Below are positions 61,587 through 64,000 of a stretch of DNA of 64,000 nucleotides, piece after piece. The notes beneath the pieces are model-generated. The model did not search any database, was not told the origin of the DNA, and worked only from the letters and a program-made list of their open reading frames with translations. The position numbers and the translations under genes are program-made. This DNA comes from an uncultured delta proteobacterium (GTDB lineage: Bacteria; Desulfobacterota; RBG-13-43-22). The stretch is taken from the NCBI GenBank assembly GCA_963843145.1, contig CAWJJC010000012.1, forward strand, positions 64,001 to 128,000, in the 5' to 3' direction. The stretch's first letter is position 1. Each line of letters begins with the position of its first letter.

Positions 61587-62924
61587 TCAAACCCGGGAAA
61601 GAAAAGTCAGGCTTTCCAAATGATAAGTCTGAGGGAAAAAGTCCAGGGGTATCGTCCATTGAAGTCGCCATCCTTTTTGGATCAAAAGGGCTAAATCCCG
61701 AAAAAGGGTCATGGGTTCACAGGATAGGTAGTATAGATCGTGGAGGGCCAGAAGATCCACTTGCTGAAGGATTTCCCGAGCTCCGGTTCGGGGGGGGTCC
61801 ATAAAGACCACGTTGAATCGCGATTTCTCTCGAAGCAGTTGATTGAGGGCGGAGTGAGCGGAGGCCTGATGAAAAATACAGTTACTTATTTTATTAAGAC
61901 GTTGATTATACTTGGCATTCTCAACGGCCGGGGCCAGGGACTCCACCCCGATCACTCGCCCGGTCTTAATGGCCAGGGGGATGGAAAAATTTCCCTGGCC
62001 GCAAAAAAGATCCAAACAGGCGACCTGAGGGCCCCAACAGGGTTGGTTTAATAGAAAGGCGATCAATCGCAGGTTCTGGGCCAGGTTGACTTGGGAAAAG
62101 ACTTGAGGGAAGAAGGTCAATTCCACCTTGCGATCCAGAAGAGTGGTTTCGACCGGAAGCAACACCCGTTGCCCATGCCGATCGGGAGAAAAGGGATCGA
62201 GGCCGAACAGCTTACCTTCCTGGACCGTTCCAAAAAAGACGGCCTGAATACCAGGAATATCCAGAAGCATTTCGGTAACCTGCCGGATAGTCCCAGTCGA
62301 AGGACGGCGGGGTACCCGAAAGAGAACCAGACCTTTTTCCCCTTCTCCGAGGCATTGGATTTCCAGTTCCGCCGGTTCGCCCAGAAAAGGAATATCCCGA
62401 ATCACCCGGGAAAGGCTGACCAGGATGCGGTTGACCGCGGCATTGGCCAGGAAACACCTCTCCACCGCCACCAATTGGTGGCTTCGGGCCTGAAAAAAGC
62501 CCAGACCCGATTGTCGGCCGCGGACCTGGATTTTCAACCGCAGGCGATGGCGATAATAGAGAGGCTCGGGAGAATCCCAGAGGGGTTGAATTGGCGGATC
62601 CTCCATTTGGAGCGCGTGCCGGAAGGCCTCTCTGAACCCGGTTTCCTTAATCCGTGACTGGACCGACGAGGAGGCATGCTGAAGATGGCAACCGCCACAA
62701 ATCCCAAAGACGGGGCAGGGGGGCGTAACCCGATCCGGCGAAGCTTCCAACACCTTGATCAGCCTTCCCCGCGAATAGGTCTTCCGGTCCTCCTTGATTT
62801 CAACTTCCACGGATTCACCCGGCAAGGTAAAGGGAACAAAAACAATTTTTCCCTCCAGCCTCCCCAGTCCCTCTCCCTGCATGGAAATGGCGGTTATACG
62901 AATAACGGCCATTTCATAGTCCAA
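61587..62924 (-). CDS. rlmD: 23S rRNA (uracil-C5)-methyltransferase RlmD-like
   Basis: TRAM domain, CPVFGICGGC, FSQVN, LDLFCGQGNF, MDPPRTG, YLSC, FPQTYH.E. Confidence 0.9.
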   Translation of the reverse strand: MDYEMAVIRITAISMQGEGLGRLEGKIVFVPFTLPGESVEVEIKEDRKTYSRGRLIKVLEASPDRVTPPCPVFGICGGCHLQHASSSVQSRIKETGFREAFRHALQMEDPPIQPLWDSPEPLYYRHRLRLKIQVRGRQSGLGFFQARSHQLVAVERCFLANAAVNRILVSLSRVIRDIPFLGEPAELEIQCLGEGEKGLVLFRVPRRPSTGTIRQVTEMLLDIPGIQAVFFGTVQEGKLFGLDPFSPDRHGQRVLLPVETTLLDRKVELTFFPQVFSQVNLAQNLRLIAFLLNQPCWGPQVACLDLFCGQGNFSIPLAIKTGRVIGVESLAPAVENAKYNQRLNKISNCIFHQASAHSALNQLLREKSRFNVVFMDPPRTGAREILQQVDLLALHDLYYLSCEPMTLFRDLALLIQKGWRLQWTIPLDFFPQTYHLESLTFLSRV

Positions 62925-63156
62925 TCATCCAGACCCAGACCGGGATGGTAAACATGGAAATCAAGGTGCTCAGCATGATGATGGAAGCGGATACACCTTT
63001 ATCTGCACCCAACTCCGAAGCCATGATGTAGGTGACGACGGCCGTTGGACAGGCCAGCAGGACGACGGTGAGGCGAAAGTCTAACCCGGTGACTAGTCCA
63101 TAGCGAAGCAGGAGAACCCCGAACCCGGGGAGGATGATAAGTTCCAATAACGCCAT
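62914..63156 (-). pseudogene. C-terminal fragment of AEC (auxin efflux carrier)-family transporter
   Basis: CPTAVVTYIMA.ELGAD....S.I..STL.S..T; only 80 aa. Confidence 0.65.
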
Positions 63157-63326
63157 AGGCCGGAGATTCCAAAAAAATTTGCCTATTATAACGTCTGGGG
63201 TTTGGTAGATCCAGGGTTAAATCCGAGAAGATAATATTTGGTTGACCGCTTTCCTCAAAATATGGTATTTAAGCCAGAATTCAAAATCCTCTCTAAATTG
63301 ATACCCTGAATCTATAATTCAGAAAA

Positions 63327-64000
63327 ATGACTTCCACATTAATAGGTCACCCGGATCGGATAGAGCCTTTCCAAAATTTTCTTCGGGTTATTGCCCAAGA
63401 CAAAGAGACCGTGCTCATTTCCGGACCGCTAGGCTCCGGAAAAAAGAGAACGAGCCAGTTCTTGATTGAAAATGGAGCCAAGGCCCAGGATCCCGTTTTT
63501 TTTATTGAGGGACTTCAATTTTCAGAAGAGGTTTGGAACCGGGCGCTAACCGCATTGGGGGAAAGCGGAACATTGGTTCTGGAAGGACTGCAACGCCTCC
63601 CCTTAGCCGTGCAGTCCCGGTTGAAGGATTGGCTAATCGGTAATGGACCTTTGTGGGCGGAGAATCAAACTCGGCCCCGGGGATGGAGGGTAATCGGAAC
63701 CACCAGCGAGGCCCAAAATGCATTCGCTGAATTACTGTTCCAGTTCCCCTTGCATATTCAACTGCCTTCCTTGAACGAAGTCCTGGAAGATATCCCGTAC
63801 CACCTGAAATTTTTTCTTAGAGAAAAGCCCATCCGCTATATTCGCTACTTTTTTCTCTTAAAAACCACTTGTCATCAATGGGCCGGAAACCTTCGGGAGT
63901 TGGAACATTACTTGGAACAGGCCATGGTCTATTACCATTCCATGGCCTTGGTAGCCGGGTTCAAAGGCGGAGAAGAAGTTTTTGGTGAAAAGCGCCTGCG
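63327..64000 (+). CDS. Degenerate sigma-54-activator-like AAA+ protein, runs off window end
   Basis: TVLISGPLGSGKK, GTLVLEG...LP..VQ, W.GNLRELE; GAFTGA loop absent; frame open to 64000. Confidence 0.7.
   Translation, partial: MTSTLIGHPDRIEPFQNFLRVIAQDKETVLISGPLGSGKKRTSQFLIENGAKAQDPVFFIEGLQFSEEVWNRALTALGESGTLVLEGLQRLPLAVQSRLKDWLIGNGPLWAENQTRPRGWRVIGTTSEAQNAFAELLFQFPLHIQLPSLNEVLEDIPYHLKFFLREKPIRYIRYFFLLKTTCHQWAGNLRELEHYLEQAMVYYHSMALVAGFKGGEEVFGEKRL

Overview
GC-rich bacterial chromosomal window. Gene content and repeats suggest an anaerobic Desulfobacterota/deltaproteobacterium (inference), probably from an indel-prone assembly: at least 8 conserved genes carry single-base frameshifts. (1) 0.2-3.3 kb: mercury-methylation hgcA-hgcB followed by a membrane-anchored reductive-dehalogenase-like gene. 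hgcA appears to begin upstream of the called ORF and read through an in-frame TGC-TGA (Cys-Sec) with a SECIS-like hairpin. (2) 3-28 kb: TA pair, TRAP solute-binding protein, molybdopterin oxidoreductase, corrinoid methyltransferase, photolyase cluster, HU, ABC permease/AttH, PBP1a, CoA transferase and a sigma-54 regulator, with three families of intergenic palindromic repeats. (3) 28-39.6 kb: an integron-type cassette array with about 12 attC-like sites and no integrase in the window. It holds a class D beta-lactamase, a receiver-LpxC fusion, a TIR-flanked RAYT/Y1 transposase and 3-4 copies of a ~70-bp gene-less mini-cassette, and five core sites read ATT instead of GTT. (4) A second likely selenoprotein (DsbA/FrnE, UPWC), comEC, an antiporter and a solitary hicBA cassette. 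(5) A ~4-kb Chloroflexi-style insert bracketed by a 363-bp duplication of the murA 3' end (island or chimera). (6) Core block rlmD-carD-PIN/TRAM-rluD-rho-rpmE-DUF1385-prfA-prmC-murA. All family assignments come from motif recognition; no searches were run.
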